A DNA stretch of 63,314 nt, filler included, from Eubacteriales bacterium (GTDB taxonomy: Bacteria; Bacillota; Clostridia; Oscillospirales; CAG-382), in the NCBI GenBank assembly GCA_045636665.1. It is 8 parts of 8 records of this genome, joined end to end, with 100 filler letters (N's around TTAATTAATTAA, not from the genome) between each part and the next. Parts side by side here need not be neighbours in the genome. Positions count along the whole stretch, not along the records: positions 23,479 to 39,916 come from JAZTXY010000072.1; positions 40,017 to 43,042 come from JAZTXY010000075.1; positions 43,143 to 52,964 come from JAZTXY010000076.1; 5 more parts are not named here. The stretch is one strand, 5' to 3'. The position numbers and the translations under genes were made by a program. The notes under the pieces are model-generated. The model was given only the letters and a program-made list of their open reading frames with translations. It made no database searches and was not told where the DNA came from. Shown piece after piece: positions 38,063 to 48,723 of this stretch (position 1 is the first letter of the stretch; every line of letters starts with the position of its first letter).

Positions 38063-38192
38063 TTACTCGCACTTTCTCGCTGCGTAAGTGATAACCTTTG
38101 AAGCCAATCTGCTGTTTTGCGCTCCTCTTGGAATATATTTCGGTGTGCGATATTCTTTCATTTTCCCTGATGCGTGCCGTTCTTTCGTCCAA
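38063..38192 (-). pseudogene. Probable internally deleted gene remnant (methyltransferase-like termini)
   Basis: GGTG RBS plus TTG start encoding MDERTARIRENERISHTEIYS, joined out of frame to SKVITYAARKCE-stop. Confidence 0.35.
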
Positions 38193-38326
38193 AGGTATCA
38201 CCGCTTATCTTTTTTGTAAATCATACCACACGTTGGGAAGAAATTCAACCTAAATCGCTTGACACAATTTAGCCCAATCGACAAAAAACGTTTAAATTCC
38301 GCAAAGAAGGCATTCTTGACGATTAT

Positions 38327-38404
38327 TTCGACAAACGACGAGTTTCGACAAAATACGACAAAATTTTTGTCGAAAAGCCTTGAATAAGGAAATAAATTGT
38401 CGAG
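38327..38404. promoter_or_regulatory. Cluster of Spo0A boxes upstream of spo0A
   Basis: TTCGACA at 38327 and 38344, TGTCGAA at 38368, near-match TGTCGAG at 38398 (consensus TGNCGAA). Confidence 0.7.
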
Positions 38405-38543
38405 AAAACAAAGTAAAACTCTTGTTTTGTTGTACGAAAGTTAAATGGAATTGCGACTTTTTGGGTAAAATCTATTGCTTATAACCGTTTTTGTGTGTTA
38501 AAATACATTCACGGAAAATAAAAAAACAAGGAGCTACAAGTTT

Positions 38544-39320
38544 ATGGAAAAACCGAGGGTGTTAGTGGCTGATTCTAACAGCGATTTCAGAAATCAGTGT
38601 GTGCAAAGTCTTAAACGGCTGGATATAGAGGTTGTGGCGGAGGCCGCAGACGGTCAGGAAGCATTTGCAAAGATAGCGAGAACAAAACCGAACGTGGTCG
38701 TGTCCGACCTTTATCTCGGCAAGATCGACGGCGTTGGTATTATACGCAGTGCGAAAAAGCAAATGCCGGACGATTTTCCCGCATTCATTATGCTTGCGTC
38801 GTTTACAAGCCAAAATCTGTTCGAGGAATGCTGTGAGGCGGGCGCGGCATACTGTATGCTCAAGCCGATAGATTTTAATGCGCTTGCCGACAGAATCAAG
38901 CGTCTTGCCGATAAAACACGCCGCCGCGGAAACGCCAAGGTGCCCGGCAGAGAGGACGGCGATTTGGAGGCGCAGGTGACAAAAATAATACATCAAATAG
39001 GAGTACCCGCGCACATAAAGGGCTATCAATATTTACGAACGGCGATAATAATGGCGATAAACGATACCGAGGTCATCAATTCGGTAACGAAGGTGCTTTA
39101 TCCGACGGTCGCAAAGCAATACGGCACAACAAGCTCACGCGTTGAACGCGCGATACGCCACGCGATTGAGGTTGCTTGGGACAGAGGTGACCTTGACGTG
39201 CTTAATTCATTTTTTGGTTATACAGTCCAAAATTCACGCGGAAAGCCCACAAATTCTGAATTTATTGCGATGATTGCCGACAATTTACGGCTTAAAAACA
39301 AAGCGTTTGCAACGGTTTAA
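38544..39320 (+). CDS. spo0A: Sporulation master regulator Spo0A
   Basis: Receiver domain plus [14 protein letters not shown]...[17 protein letters not shown]...KPTNSEFIA. Confidence 0.97.
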   Translation: MEKPRVLVADSNSDFRNQCVQSLKRLDIEVVAEAADGQEAFAKIARTKPNVVVSDLYLGKIDGVGIIRSAKKQMPDDFPAFIMLASFTSQNLFEECCEAGAAYCMLKPIDFNALADRIKRLADKTRRRGNAKVPGREDGDLEAQVTKIIHQIGVPAHIKGYQYLRTAIIMAINDTEVINSVTKVLYPTVAKQYGTTSSRVERAIRHAIEVAWDRGDLDVLNSFFGYTVQNSRGKPTNSEFIAMIADNLRLKNKAFATV

Positions 39321-39416
39321 TAACGAAAGTCGAAGGGGCAAGGCAGGGTTGCGTTGCTCCTCTTTCCTTATATAAATAATATGTCATAAAATATTAAAAA
39401 AATTCGGCGAAAACTA

Positions 39417-39445
39417 TTGACTTTCAAAGGTATTTGTGTTAAACT
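39417..39445 (+). promoter_or_regulatory. Sigma-A promoter of rplU
   Basis: TTGACT-17nt-TAAACT with extended TG. Confidence 0.65.
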
Positions 39446-39449
39446 TTCA

Positions 39450-39515
39450 TTTGCCGCATGTATGGGGTTTTTGAAGTTGCGTCACCGATGCACACCCTCT
39501 AAGCAGCGAGTCTTA
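39450..39515 (+). ncRNA. Probable L21 leader
   Basis: Structured 5' UTR directly upstream of rplU, ending GCGAGTC. Confidence 0.5.
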
Positions 39516-39537
39516 TGAAAGGAATTGGTGCTTACAA

Positions 39538-39846
39538 ATGTTTGCAATCGTGGAAACAGGCGGAAAGCAGTACAAGGTTAGCGAAGGCGATATCATCTTT
39601 GTTGAAAAGCTCGGTATCGAAGAAGGCGAAACCTACACCTTCCCTAAGGTTCTTGCTATCGCCGACGATAACGGTTTCGTTGCTGGTACTCCTACCGTTG
39701 ATGCTACCGTTACCGCAAATGTCGTTAAGAACGGCAAGGGCAAGAAGATTCATGTAATCAAGTACAAGCCTAAAAAGGATTCCAAGAAGCATATCGGTCA
39801 TAGACAACCCTATACCAAGCTTCAAATCCTCAGCATCTCGAAATAA
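39538..39846 (+). CDS. rplU: 50S ribosomal protein L21
   Basis: [22 protein letters not shown]. Confidence 0.98.
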   Translation: MFAIVETGGKQYKVSEGDIIFVEKLGIEEGETYTFPKVLAIADDNGFVAGTPTVDATVTANVVKNGKGKKIHVIKYKPKKDSKKHIGHRQPYTKLQILSISK

Positions 39847-39849
39847 GAG

Positions 39850-39916
39850 ATGATTCCCGCTTCGTTTTTTAAATCGAACGGAAAAACAATTGGTTTTCGC
39901 ATCAGCGGTCACTCGG
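39850..39916 (+). CDS. Ribosomal-processing cysteine protease Prp/YsxB (5' fragment)
   Basis: MIPASFFKSNGKTIGFRISGHS directly after rplU; cut by the gap. Confidence 0.75.
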
Positions 39917-40118
39917 NNNNNNNNNNNNNNNNNNNNNNNNNNNNNNNNNNNNNNNNNNNNTTAATTAATTAANNNNNNNNNNNNNNNNNNNNNNNNNNNN
40001 NNNNNNNNNNNNNNNNCAAAGCTTGCCGCAAACGGTCAGATCGCTACTCAGTACGTCGATCTTGAAAATAACGCAACAGGCGATATCCATTTCAACCCCA
40101 ACGGCTCTATCAGCGCTA

Positions 40119-40202
40119 AAGTCGGATCGTAGCCATGTCGTTCTGTGAGCCAAGGAGTTGATGTGATGTGTTGTCTTCCTAAGACCGCTTGGCCTCCGAC
40201 TT
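40119..40202. other. MGI/DNBSEQ adapter plus barcode (artefact)
   Basis: AAGTCGGATCGTAGCCATGTCGTTCTGTGAGCCAAGGAGTTG, 10 nt, TTGTCTTCCTAAGACCGCTTGGCCTCCGACTT. Confidence 0.95.
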
Positions 40203-40204
40203 CA

Positions 40205-40444
40205 AAGCTTGCCGCAAACGGTCAGATCGCTACTCAGTACGTCGATCTTGAAAATAACGCAACAGGCGATATCCATTTCAACCCCAACGGCTCTATCAGC
40301 GCTATCGAAGGTATCACCTCGCCCGATGGCCGTGTATTCGGTAAAATGGGTCACAGCGAACGTATCGGCGCGGGACTTTACAAGAACGTTCCCGGCAACT
40401 ATGATATCAGAATGTTCGAAGCGGCAGTTAAATACTTTAAATAA
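40205..40444 (+). CDS. purL: FGAM synthase C-terminal fragment
   Basis: [26 protein letters not shown]. Confidence 0.85.
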   Translation, partial: KLAANGQIATQYVDLENNATGDIHFNPNGSISAIEGITSPDGRVFGKMGHSERIGAGLYKNVPGNYDIRMFEAAVKYFK

Positions 40445-40458
40445 TAGGAGTTATTGCG

Positions 40459-42135
40459 ATGCAGTATAAGACCGATATTGAAATTGCTCAAAGCTGTCAG
40501 TTAAAGCCCATAATGAAAATTGCATCGGTTGCTCACGTTGATGAAAAATACATCGAGCAATACGGAAAATACAAAGCAAAGGTCGATTTGTCCTTGCTTA
40601 AAGAAACCGATAAAAAAGACGGAAAGCTTATCCTTGTAACCGCAATAACGCCCACACCCGCAGGCGAAGGCAAAACAACGACTACTATCGGACTTGCCGA
40701 TGGCTTAAAGCGCATTGGCAAGGACGTTACCGTTGCGCTTCGCGAGCCCTCGCTCGGTCCTGTATTCGGTGTAAAGGGCGGCGCGGCAGGCGGCGGCTAT
40801 GCCCAAGTAGTTCCTATGGAGGATATCAACCTTCACTTCACGGGTGACTTCCACGCTATCGGTGCCGCAAACAACCTTCTTGCGGCAATGATCGATAACC
40901 ATATCCAACAAGGCAACTCGTTGGGAATCGATCCTCGCCGTATCACTTGGAAGCGTTGTGTCGATATGAATGACCGTCAGCTTCGTTTCATCCTCGACGG
41001 TATGGGCGGTACCGCAAACGGTACACCCCGTGAAGACGGCTTCGATATCACCGTTGCTTCCGAAATTATGGCGGTGCTCTGCCTTTCGGATTCTATAACC
41101 GACCTCAAAAAGCGTCTTTCCGAAATCATCATCGGATATACCTATGGTGACGAACCCGTAAGATGCGGTCAGCTTAAGGCGGAAGGCGCGATGACAGCGC
41201 TCCTCAAGGATGCCTTGAAGCCCAACCTTGTTCAAACTCTCGAAGGCACTCCCGCGTTCGTGCACGGCGGTCCTTTTGCAAATATCGCGCACGGCTGTAA
41301 CTCTGTTATGGCAACCAAAATGGCGCTTAAAATGGGTGACTATACCGTTACCGAAGCTGGCTTCGGCGCAGACCTCGGTGCGGAAAAGTTCCTCGATATC
41401 AAATGCCGTATGGCAAACCTCACACCCGATGCTGTAGTTGTCGTTGCAACGGTACGCGCTCTTAAAATGCACGGAGGCTTGGCAAAGACCGAGCTCGGCA
41501 CCGAGGACCTTTCGGCGCTTGAACGCGGCATTCCCAACCTTTTGCGTCACGTTTCCAATATCAAAAACGTGTATAAGCTTCCTTGCGTTGTCGCTGTTAA
41601 CAGATTCCCGACCGACACCGATAATGAAATTGAATTCATTATCGCGAAATGCCGTGAATTGGGAGTTAATACCGTTCTTTCCACCGTATGGGCGGAAGGC
41701 GGCAAGGGCGGCGAAGACCTCGCAAGGGAAGTGGTACGCCTTTGCGAAGAAGAAAAGGGCGATTTCACTTTCTCTTATACCGATGATATGACTATCACCG
41801 AAAAGATCGAAGCTGTTGTTAAAAAGGTCTATGGCGGCGACGGCGTGAATATTATGCCCAACGCGTTAAAGCAAATTAAAAAGCTCGAAAGCATGGGCTT
41901 TACCAAGTGTCCCGTATGTATCGCCAAAACGCAGTACAGCTTCTCTGACGATGCAACAAAGCTCGGCGCACCCGAAAACTTTACGGTTACCGTTAAAAAC
42001 GTTAAGATTTCCGCAGGCGCGGGCTTTATAGTAGTTCTTACCGGTGATATACTTACAATGCCCGGTCTTCCCAAGGTTCCTGCCGCTGAAAGAATCGACG
42101 TTGATGAAAACGGCGTGATTTCCGGTTTGTTCTAA
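40459..42135 (+). CDS. fhs: Formate--tetrahydrofolate ligase
   Basis: [40 protein letters not shown]. Confidence 0.98.
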   Translation: MQYKTDIEIAQSCQLKPIMKIASVAHVDEKYIEQYGKYKAKVDLSLLKETDKKDGKLILVTAITPTPAGEGKTTTTIGLADGLKRIGKDVTVALREPSLGPVFGVKGGAAGGGYAQVVPMEDINLHFTGDFHAIGAANNLLAAMIDNHIQQGNSLGIDPRRITWKRCVDMNDRQLRFILDGMGGTANGTPREDGFDITVASEIMAVLCLSDSITDLKKRLSEIIIGYTYGDEPVRCGQLKAEGAMTALLKDALKPNLVQTLEGTPAFVHGGPFANIAHGCNSVMATKMALKMGDYTVTEAGFGADLGAEKFLDIKCRMANLTPDAVVVVATVRALKMHGGLAKTELGTEDLSALERGIPNLLRHVSNIKNVYKLPCVVAVNRFPTDTDNEIEFIIAKCRELGVNTVLSTVWAEGGKGGEDLAREVVRLCEEEKGDFTFSYTDDMTITEKIEAVVKKVYGGDGVNIMPNALKQIKKLESMGFTKCPVCIAKTQYSFSDDATKLGAPENFTVTVKNVKISAGAGFIVVLTGDILTMPGLPKVPAAERIDVDENGVISGLF

Positions 42136-42186
42136 TCAATCAATGAGCTGTTTGGAATAAACAGCTCATTTCCATATGAGGTAATT

Positions 42187-42909
42187 ATGAAGCTTAAAAT
42201 AATGACGTTTAATATCCAGCACGGCAGAAACCATAATTTCAAGGGTGACGTGATCGACCTGCCCGCAATGCTTTTGAACGTGCGTGAACAAAACCCCGAT
42301 ATTTGCGGCTTTAACGAGGTCAGAAAAGGCACCGAGGCAGATCATTCCACAGGCCGTTCTAACCAAACGCTGTTCTTCCAAAACGAATTGGGCGGAAACG
42401 CAAAATTCGGCAAGGCGATCGATATCCACGGCTTTGAATACGGCAACGCTATCTGGTCGAAGCATCCAATTCAAAGCTTCGAGGTGTTTTCCATCCCCGA
42501 AGTTGTAAATAAGGTCGGTGGCAGTTACGAAAACCGCTCTGTTACCAAAACCGAGTATTGCATCGAGGGCAAAAAGCTCACGGTTTTAAACAGCCATTTC
42601 GGCTTGGGCAAGGGCGAATCCGATAACGCGGTTGCAACAGTGCTTGCACTTTCGGAGAAAATCGAAGGACCTCTTGTTCTTATGGGCGACTTTAATATGA
42701 CACCCGATAATCCCTTAATCCAAAAGCTTGCAACTGTATTTACCGATTCCCATGCTTCTGTCGGTAAAGACGTTACAACCTTCCCTTCGCACGCTCCCGA
42801 TATCCGCATCGATTACATTTTCGTGCGTGACGCAAAGGTGCTTGATGCCAATACTGTTTGCAAGGTAGTTTCCGACCATTTTGCAATCACCGCAGAAATA
42901 GAATTTTAA
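42187..42909 (+). CDS. Endonuclease/exonuclease/phosphatase family protein
   Basis: MTFNI, NEV, GDFN, IDYIF, SDH. Confidence 0.9.
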   Translation: MKLKIMTFNIQHGRNHNFKGDVIDLPAMLLNVREQNPDICGFNEVRKGTEADHSTGRSNQTLFFQNELGGNAKFGKAIDIHGFEYGNAIWSKHPIQSFEVFSIPEVVNKVGGSYENRSVTKTEYCIEGKKLTVLNSHFGLGKGESDNAVATVLALSEKIEGPLVLMGDFNMTPDNPLIQKLATVFTDSHASVGKDVTTFPSHAPDIRIDYIFVRDAKVLDANTVCKVVSDHFAITAEIEF

Positions 42910-42921
42910 AATTAAAAAACA

Positions 42922-42951
42922 GCTCGTCGCGTAATGCGACGGGCTTTTTTT
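42922..42951 (+). terminator. Rho-independent terminator
   Basis: GCTCGTCGC/GCGACGGGC followed by T7. Confidence 0.8.
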
Positions 42952-43153
42952 CTTTTTGCCTAAAACCCATAAAGAATTTCAAATCCGAAGCCATCGAAAA
43001 GAAAAGCAAAAGGGAAGAAACAGGTAAATTAAAGCCGTAAATNNNNNNNNNNNNNNNNNNNNNNNNNNNNNNNNNNNNNNNNNNNNTTAATTAATTAANN
43101 NNNNNNNNNNNNNNNNNNNNNNNNNNNNNNNNNNNNNNNNNNCGATCCGACTT

Positions 43154-43307
43154 AAACAATGACAGAAACTGCCGCGCGCTTTCCGTTAACCTCGGTCACA
43201 GTAAAGTTTTCGGAAAATTCTTCATCCGCAGCACTTGCGATAAAGGAATTGCAAAGAGAAAATGTTAATAAAATCGTGAGCGATAAAGCCGCCAGTCTTT
43301 TTATCAT
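43154..43307 (-). CDS. N-terminal fragment of a secreted protein
   Basis: GAGG RBS; MIKRLAALSLTILLTFSLCNSFIASAA signal peptide; cut by adapter and gap. Confidence 0.6.
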
Positions 43308-43322
43308 AAATTACCTCATAAA

Positions 43323-44723
43323 TTATTTTAATTCGGTCACTACGAAATCATCGGATATTACTGTATTAATACTAAGCTTTCTGAGTGATTCAAGCTGAGA
43401 TTTTCCGTCCTCACCCGAATTTATGTAGGTAAAGTTATCGCTTTGCATCATCGGGTAAAATACGTTTGTAAGATTTCCCTCTTTATCGATTGAAAGCTTT
43501 AGCATACCGCAGGTAAGCTTAAAGCTCGAAAATACAAAGTTACCGAGACTGTATGCGATAAGCTTGCCTTTGTAGTATTCAAGTCCTTGCATACAGTGCG
43601 AATGCATACCGATAACAACATCGGCACCCGCATCAACAAATGCTTTGCCCATGCTTTTTTGTCCGCTTGTAAGGTTTGTGGTGCTTTCTACGCCCCAATG
43701 CACATAAGCGACCACATAATCCGCCTTTTCTTTAGCCGCAGCGATTTCGTTGGACATTGAAACCGTATCAAAGATCTGGAATACGCCGCTTTGCGAATCG
43801 GTGGCACCGCGGGTGCTGTAGGGGTCGATTGCAGAGCCCGCAACGATAGCAACAACATAACCGTTTATAACGTAATAATACGGTTCCTTTGCATCGTTTA
43901 AATTTTCGCCTGCGCCGACATGGGCAATTCCGGCACCGTCAAGATGAGTCAAGGTATCGGTCAGCGACAACGGTCCGTAATCGAAAGCGTGATTATTTGC
44001 CAAGCCGACTATATCAACACCAAGCTCGCCAAAAATGGAAACGTTTTTGGGGTCACCTCTAAAGGTCCATTTTTTGCCTTTAATAGGCGATCCGCGATCG
44101 GTTAACGTGAATTCGTGGTTAGCCATCGTAACGTCGGCAGAGCGCATAATTTCAAGCACCTCTTCCGAAACCAAGCCCTCGATACCCTTACCGCGCGAAT
44201 TATAGCGATTCATAACGCTGTATCCGTTGGGGAAGGCGGTATCGCCGACAAAAATGAAATCTGCAACTCCGTCGTCGGTATCTTCAAGAATTGTCGTGCG
44301 TTCGGGATTGCTTAACGCAACTGCGTAAAACGCCTTTGCCGAATAACCCGTAACGGTTTTAAAGGTATCGGAATCGACCTTGCCGTTTTCAAGCGAGTCG
44401 GCAAGCGCTTCAACCGCTTCTCTTCCGCAAAGGCTTTCGAGCTTATCAATCGTTTCGCGGTTGAACGATGACGAAAAGAACACATCGAGATTAGATAGGT
44501 TATCCATTATTGCATCGACCGTAAAGGAATAGGAATCCAATTCGTCAGGCTTGCTGATTTCATCAGGCTCGGAAACGTTTTCGGGCGGCGGATTAACGGA
44601 AAGCGGTGAATAACCGCTCGTTTCGTCAACCTCCTCGGAAAAAAACGAAGGTATGAGCAAAACACAGCAAAGGAAAACCGCAATGACCGATGCGATAATT
44701 GATATAATTTTAAAATTACTCAT
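43323..44723 (-). CDS. CapA/PGA_cap family metallophosphoesterase
   Basis: GD, NHE, LANNHAFDYG, HWG.E, GMHSH, YSLGNF; start codon uncertain. Confidence 0.85.
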   Translation of the reverse strand: MSNFKIISIIASVIAVFLCCVLLIPSFFSEEVDETSGYSPLSVNPPPENVSEPDEISKPDELDSYSFTVDAIMDNLSNLDVFFSSSFNRETIDKLESLCGREAVEALADSLENGKVDSDTFKTVTGYSAKAFYAVALSNPERTTILEDTDDGVADFIFVGDTAFPNGYSVMNRYNSRGKGIEGLVSEEVLEIMRSADVTMANHEFTLTDRGSPIKGKKWTFRGDPKNVSIFGELGVDIVGLANNHAFDYGPLSLTDTLTHLDGAGIAHVGAGENLNDAKEPYYYVINGYVVAIVAGSAIDPYSTRGATDSQSGVFQIFDTVSMSNEIAAAKEKADYVVAYVHWGVESTTNLTSGQKSMGKAFVDAGADVVIGMHSHCMQGLEYYKGKLIAYSLGNFVFSSFKLTCGMLKLSIDKEGNLTNVFYPMMQSDNFTYINSGEDGKSQLESLRKLSINTVISDDFVVTELK

Positions 44724-44733
44724 ATTTAACAAC

Positions 44734-45543
44734 TCATTTTTCATTCTTGATATGAATGTCAACCTGAGGATAAGGAATTTCGATATTCGAGGTCTTGAAC
44801 GCTTTTTGAACGCCGCTTACAAGCTCCTCACGAACGGTCCAATAATCCTCGTTTTTGCTCCAAACACGAAGTGTATAGGTAATTCCGTTATTTCCGCATT
44901 CGGACATAATCGATACGGGTTCGGGGTCTTTGAGCACCTTTTCACACGCGGTCGCAACCTCAAGCATAGTTGCCTTTACCTCGTCGGAATCGTGCTTATA
45001 GTCAGCGGTAAACACAACGTCAATACGGCGTGTTTCTTCAACGGAATAGTTAGTAATGACGGAATTGGTCAGTGTGCCGTTGGGAACGGTTATTACCTTG
45101 TTGTCAGGGGTAACCAAAACGGTATAAAATACCGAAATATCGCGTACCGTACCCGAAGCGTTTTCAGCATCGATGTAATCGCCGACGCGGAAAGGACGGA
45201 AGAAAAGTATCATTATACCGCCGACAAGGTTAGAAAGCGCGCCTTGTACAGCCAAACCGATTGCAACACCGGCAGAAGCAACAAGCGCGATAACCGAGCT
45301 CATAGGAACACCGAGAATGGCAATGACGGTAACCAAAATGACAATTTTAAGTGAAATCGACAAAAAGTTTGCAATAAAGCTTGCCGCAGAAGGGTCGATA
45401 TTCTTAAGAATTTTGCCTTTTTTTATACGCTTTGAAACAACGTTTACAACTTTGAAACCGATAAAAAACACTAAAATCGCCACCAAAAGATCTTTTGCGA
45501 GAGGCACGATCATAGCTGTAAGGTCTTTTAAAATTTGTTCCAT
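44734..45543 (-). CDS. mscS: Small-conductance mechanosensitive channel
   Basis: AGVAIGLAVQG.LSN..GG, RPFRVGDYI, VPN, IEIPYPQ. Confidence 0.9.
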   Translation of the reverse strand: MEQILKDLTAMIVPLAKDLLVAILVFFIGFKVVNVVSKRIKKGKILKNIDPSAASFIANFLSISLKIVILVTVIAILGVPMSSVIALVASAGVAIGLAVQGALSNLVGGIMILFFRPFRVGDYIDAENASGTVRDISVFYTVLVTPDNKVITVPNGTLTNSVITNYSVEETRRIDVVFTADYKHDSDEVKATMLEVATACEKVLKDPEPVSIMSECGNNGITYTLRVWSKNEDYWTVREELVSGVQKAFKTSNIEIPYPQVDIHIKNEK

Positions 45544-45667
45544 AAAATTCTCCTCAGTACATATTATTTCATTCTGGATGATAACCTTTTTTTGTTACAA
45601 TGTCAACAGTTAGAAAAACATTTGTCGCTCTTTTACGAAAAAACATACCTTTTAATATAAAAAATAT

Positions 45668-45695
45668 TGACATTTTAGGTCTTTTTGTTATACTA
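45668..45695 (+). promoter_or_regulatory. Sigma-A promoter of the soj operon
   Basis: TTGACA-16nt-TATACT. Confidence 0.6.
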
Positions 45696-45739
45696 TAATA
45701 TAGTTATAATTATGTTATTTACGTCTTTAAGAGGCCTTT

Positions 45740-46513
45740 ATGAATAAATCAAAAATCATTTGTTTTGCCAACCAAAAAGGCGGTGTCGGTAAAACCACGA
45801 GCGCGTTGAATATCGCGGCATGTATAGCAAGAAGCGGCAGACGCGTTTTATTTATAGATTCCGACCCTCAAGGTAACGCAACAAGCGGCATCGGTATTAA
45901 AAAACGCAGTATTACCGGCAGTGTTTACGATCTTCTTATCGGCAGAATGAAATGGGAGGAAGCCGCTTTAAAAACAAGCGTTCATAATCTTTCCATAATA
46001 CCGTCGAGTATGAACTTAGTCGGTGCCGAATTAGAGCTTGTTGATGAAAATGACCGCGAATATAAGCTCAAAAAGGCATTGAGCGGAGCAGAAGATAAAT
46101 TCGATTACATTATCATCGATTGCCCTCCTTCGCTTGGCTTACTTACTATAAATTCGCTTACGGCGGCAAAGTACGTTGTTATTCCGGTTCTTTGCGAATA
46201 TTACTCGCTCGAGGGACTTTCACAATTAACCTCGACTATCAAGCTTATCAAAAAGCTTTATAATCCCGAAATCGAACTGTTGGGCGTTTTGATAAATATG
46301 TTTGACGGCCGTCTTAACCTTACCGTTGCGGTTTTGGAAGAAATTAAAAAGTATTTTGCAGACAAGCTTTTCAGAACACCGATTCCGAGAAGCGTTAAAA
46401 TCAGCGAAGCACCGAGCCACGGAATGGCTATTACCGATTACGATAAAAACGGCAAGGGCGCGGCGGCTTATTCCGCAGTGGCGCTTGAGTTGATTCAGAG
46501 ATGTGAAAAATAA
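45740..46513 (+). CDS. soj: ParA/Soj ATPase
   Basis: NQKGGVGKTT, DPQGNAT, DCPPSLG, EAPSHG. Confidence 0.95.
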   Translation: MNKSKIICFANQKGGVGKTTSALNIAACIARSGRRVLFIDSDPQGNATSGIGIKKRSITGSVYDLLIGRMKWEEAALKTSVHNLSIIPSSMNLVGAELELVDENDREYKLKKALSGAEDKFDYIIIDCPPSLGLLTINSLTAAKYVVIPVLCEYYSLEGLSQLTSTIKLIKKLYNPEIELLGVLINMFDGRLNLTVAVLEEIKKYFADKLFRTPIPRSVKISEAPSHGMAITDYDKNGKGAAAYSAVALELIQRCEK

Positions 46514-46524
46514 CGGAGGTTTTA

Positions 46525-47418
46525 ATGGCAAAAAAAGGTTTGGGCAGAGGGCTTGATGCTCTCCTTGCCGATAACGATATCACCGAAAAAGAGCAAAACG
46601 GCGTTACAATGCTTAAAATTTCCGATGTTGAGCCAAACAGAGGCCAAGCAAGAAAGCAATTTGATGAAACAGCTTTGCTTGAGCTTGCCGATTCAATAGG
46701 AAAGCACGGCATTCTTCAACCGATTGCAGTCAGAAAGAAGGCAAACGGGTATTATGAAATCATCGCAGGTGAAAGACGTTGGAGAGCTTCGAAAATCGCA
46801 GGTCTCAGCGAAATTCCCGCGTTGGTAAAGGAAATTGACGACCGCACCGCAACCGAGCTCTCTCTTATCGAAAATCTTCAGCGCGAAAACCTTAATGCCG
46901 TTGAAGAAGCTTTGGGTTACCGCGATCTTATGGATAAATTTGGTCTTACCCAAGAGGAAGCGGCAGAAAGAGTTGGCAAATCACGCGCATCGGTAGCAAA
47001 CATTTTGAGACTTTTGAAATTACCGAATTCGGTGCTTTCGCTCGTAGAAAGCGACAGTCTTTCCTACGGACACGCAAGAGCGCTGATTCCGTTAACCTCG
47101 CACCTTGACGAAGACGGCATTCTTGAGCATGCCGAATATATAATCAAAAGCGCGCTTTCTGTCAGACAGACCGAGCAATACGTTAAAAACGTGCTAAACG
47201 GCGGAAAGAAAAATCCTTTAAACAACCGCAACAGCGTGAGCAACGCTTATTATAAGAAAATCGAAAACGATATGAGCGAAATTCTCGGCAGAAAAGCAAA
47301 TATCAAGCAGGATGCAAACGGAAACGGAAAAATCACGATATCATTTTCCGGCTCGGATGACCTTGAGGATCTTATAAAACAAATATGCGGCGAATTATTT
47401 TTTGAAAACGAAAATTAA
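46525..47418 (+). CDS. spo0J: ParB/Spo0J
   Basis: KGLGRGLDAL, AGERRWRA, ENLQRENL, HARAL. Confidence 0.95.
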   Translation: MAKKGLGRGLDALLADNDITEKEQNGVTMLKISDVEPNRGQARKQFDETALLELADSIGKHGILQPIAVRKKANGYYEIIAGERRWRASKIAGLSEIPALVKEIDDRTATELSLIENLQRENLNAVEEALGYRDLMDKFGLTQEEAAERVGKSRASVANILRLLKLPNSVLSLVESDSLSYGHARALIPLTSHLDEDGILEHAEYIIKSALSVRQTEQYVKNVLNGGKKNPLNNRNSVSNAYYKKIENDMSEILGRKANIKQDANGNGKITISFSGSDDLEDLIKQICGELFFENEN

Positions 47419-47437
47419 ACGAATGGAGTAAAATATA

Positions 47438-48715
47438 ATGATCGACATTAAATTTCTTCGCGAAAACCCCGACGTTGTACGCGAAAACATTAAGAAAAAG
47501 TTCCAAGACGATAAGCTTCCTTTGGTAGATGAAGCTATTGCTCTTGATATTCGCAACCGCGAAATTAAAACCGAGGTTGAAGCACTTCGCGCTAACCGTA
47601 ACAAGGCATCCAAGCAAATCGGCGCGTTGATGGGACAAGGCAAGCGCGAGGAAGCCGAAGAGGTTAAGCGCGCTGTTGCCGCTGACGGCAGCAAAATCGA
47701 TGCACTTTCTGCAGAAGAAAAGGAAGTCGGCGAAAAGCTTAACACCATAATGATGCGTATCCCCAACATTATCGATCCTTCCGTTCCTATCGGCAGAAAC
47801 GATGAAGAAAACGTTGAGGTACAACGTTACGGCGAACCTCTCGTTCCCGATTTTGAAATTCCTTATCACGCAGAAATTTTAGAAAAGCTTAACGGTCTTG
47901 ACCTTGACAGCGCAAGAAAGGTTGCGGGCAACGGCTTTTATTATCTTACCGGCGACATCGCGCAGCTTCACTCCGCGGTTATCACCTATGCGCGTGATTT
48001 TATGATTCAACGCGGCTTTGAATATTGCATTCCTCCGTTTATGATCCGCAGTAACGTTGTTACCGGTGTTATGAGCTTTGCGGAAATGGAAGCAATGATG
48101 TATAAGATCGAAGGTGAAGATCTTTACCTTATCGGTACAAGCGAACACTCGATGATCGGCCGTTATATCGACACTATTATCCCCGAAAAGCAGCTTCCCA
48201 AAACTCTTACAAGCTATTCGCCTTGCTTCCGTAAGGAAAAGGGCGCTCACGGTATTGAGGAACGCGGCATTTACCGTATTCACCAGTTTGAAAAGCAGGA
48301 AATGGTCGTTATTTGTAAGCCCGAAGAAAGCATGATGTGGTTTGACAAGCTTTGGCAGAATACCGTTGACCTTTTCCGCACTCTTGATATTCCCGTTCGT
48401 ACGCTTGAATGCTGCTCGGGTGACTTGGCAGATCTTAAGGTTAAATCGGTTGACGTTGAAGCTTGGTCTCCCAGACAGAAGAAGTATTTTGAGGTTGGTT
48501 CCTGCTCAAATCTCGGCGATGCTCAGGCACGCAGACTTAAGATCCGCGTAGACGGCGAAAACGGCAAGTATCTTGCGCACACTCTTAATAACACCGTTGT
48601 TGCACCTCCCAGAATGCTTATCGCTTTGATTGAAAACAACCTTAACGAAGACGGAAGCGTTAATATTCCCGAAGCACTCAGACCTTATATGCTTGGAAAA
48701 ACTATTATTAAATAG
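47438..48715 (+). CDS. serS: Serine--tRNA ligase
   Basis: LIGTSE, CFRKE.G, HQFEKQE, SCSN, HTLN. Confidence 0.97.
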   Translation: MIDIKFLRENPDVVRENIKKKFQDDKLPLVDEAIALDIRNREIKTEVEALRANRNKASKQIGALMGQGKREEAEEVKRAVAADGSKIDALSAEEKEVGEKLNTIMMRIPNIIDPSVPIGRNDEENVEVQRYGEPLVPDFEIPYHAEILEKLNGLDLDSARKVAGNGFYYLTGDIAQLHSAVITYARDFMIQRGFEYCIPPFMIRSNVVTGVMSFAEMEAMMYKIEGEDLYLIGTSEHSMIGRYIDTIIPEKQLPKTLTSYSPCFRKEKGAHGIEERGIYRIHQFEKQEMVVICKPEESMMWFDKLWQNTVDLFRTLDIPVRTLECCSGDLADLKVKSVDVEAWSPRQKKYFEVGSCSNLGDAQARRLKIRVDGENGKYLAHTLNNTVVAPPRMLIALIENNLNEDGSVNIPEALRPYMLGKTIIK

Positions 48716-48723
48716 GTGATCCG

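Noticed and set aside
40017..40304. Tandem duplication or small insertion element in purL
   Set aside because: The insert is the MGI adapter plus barcode; the N-terminus of ORF 40145-40444 is adapter-derived
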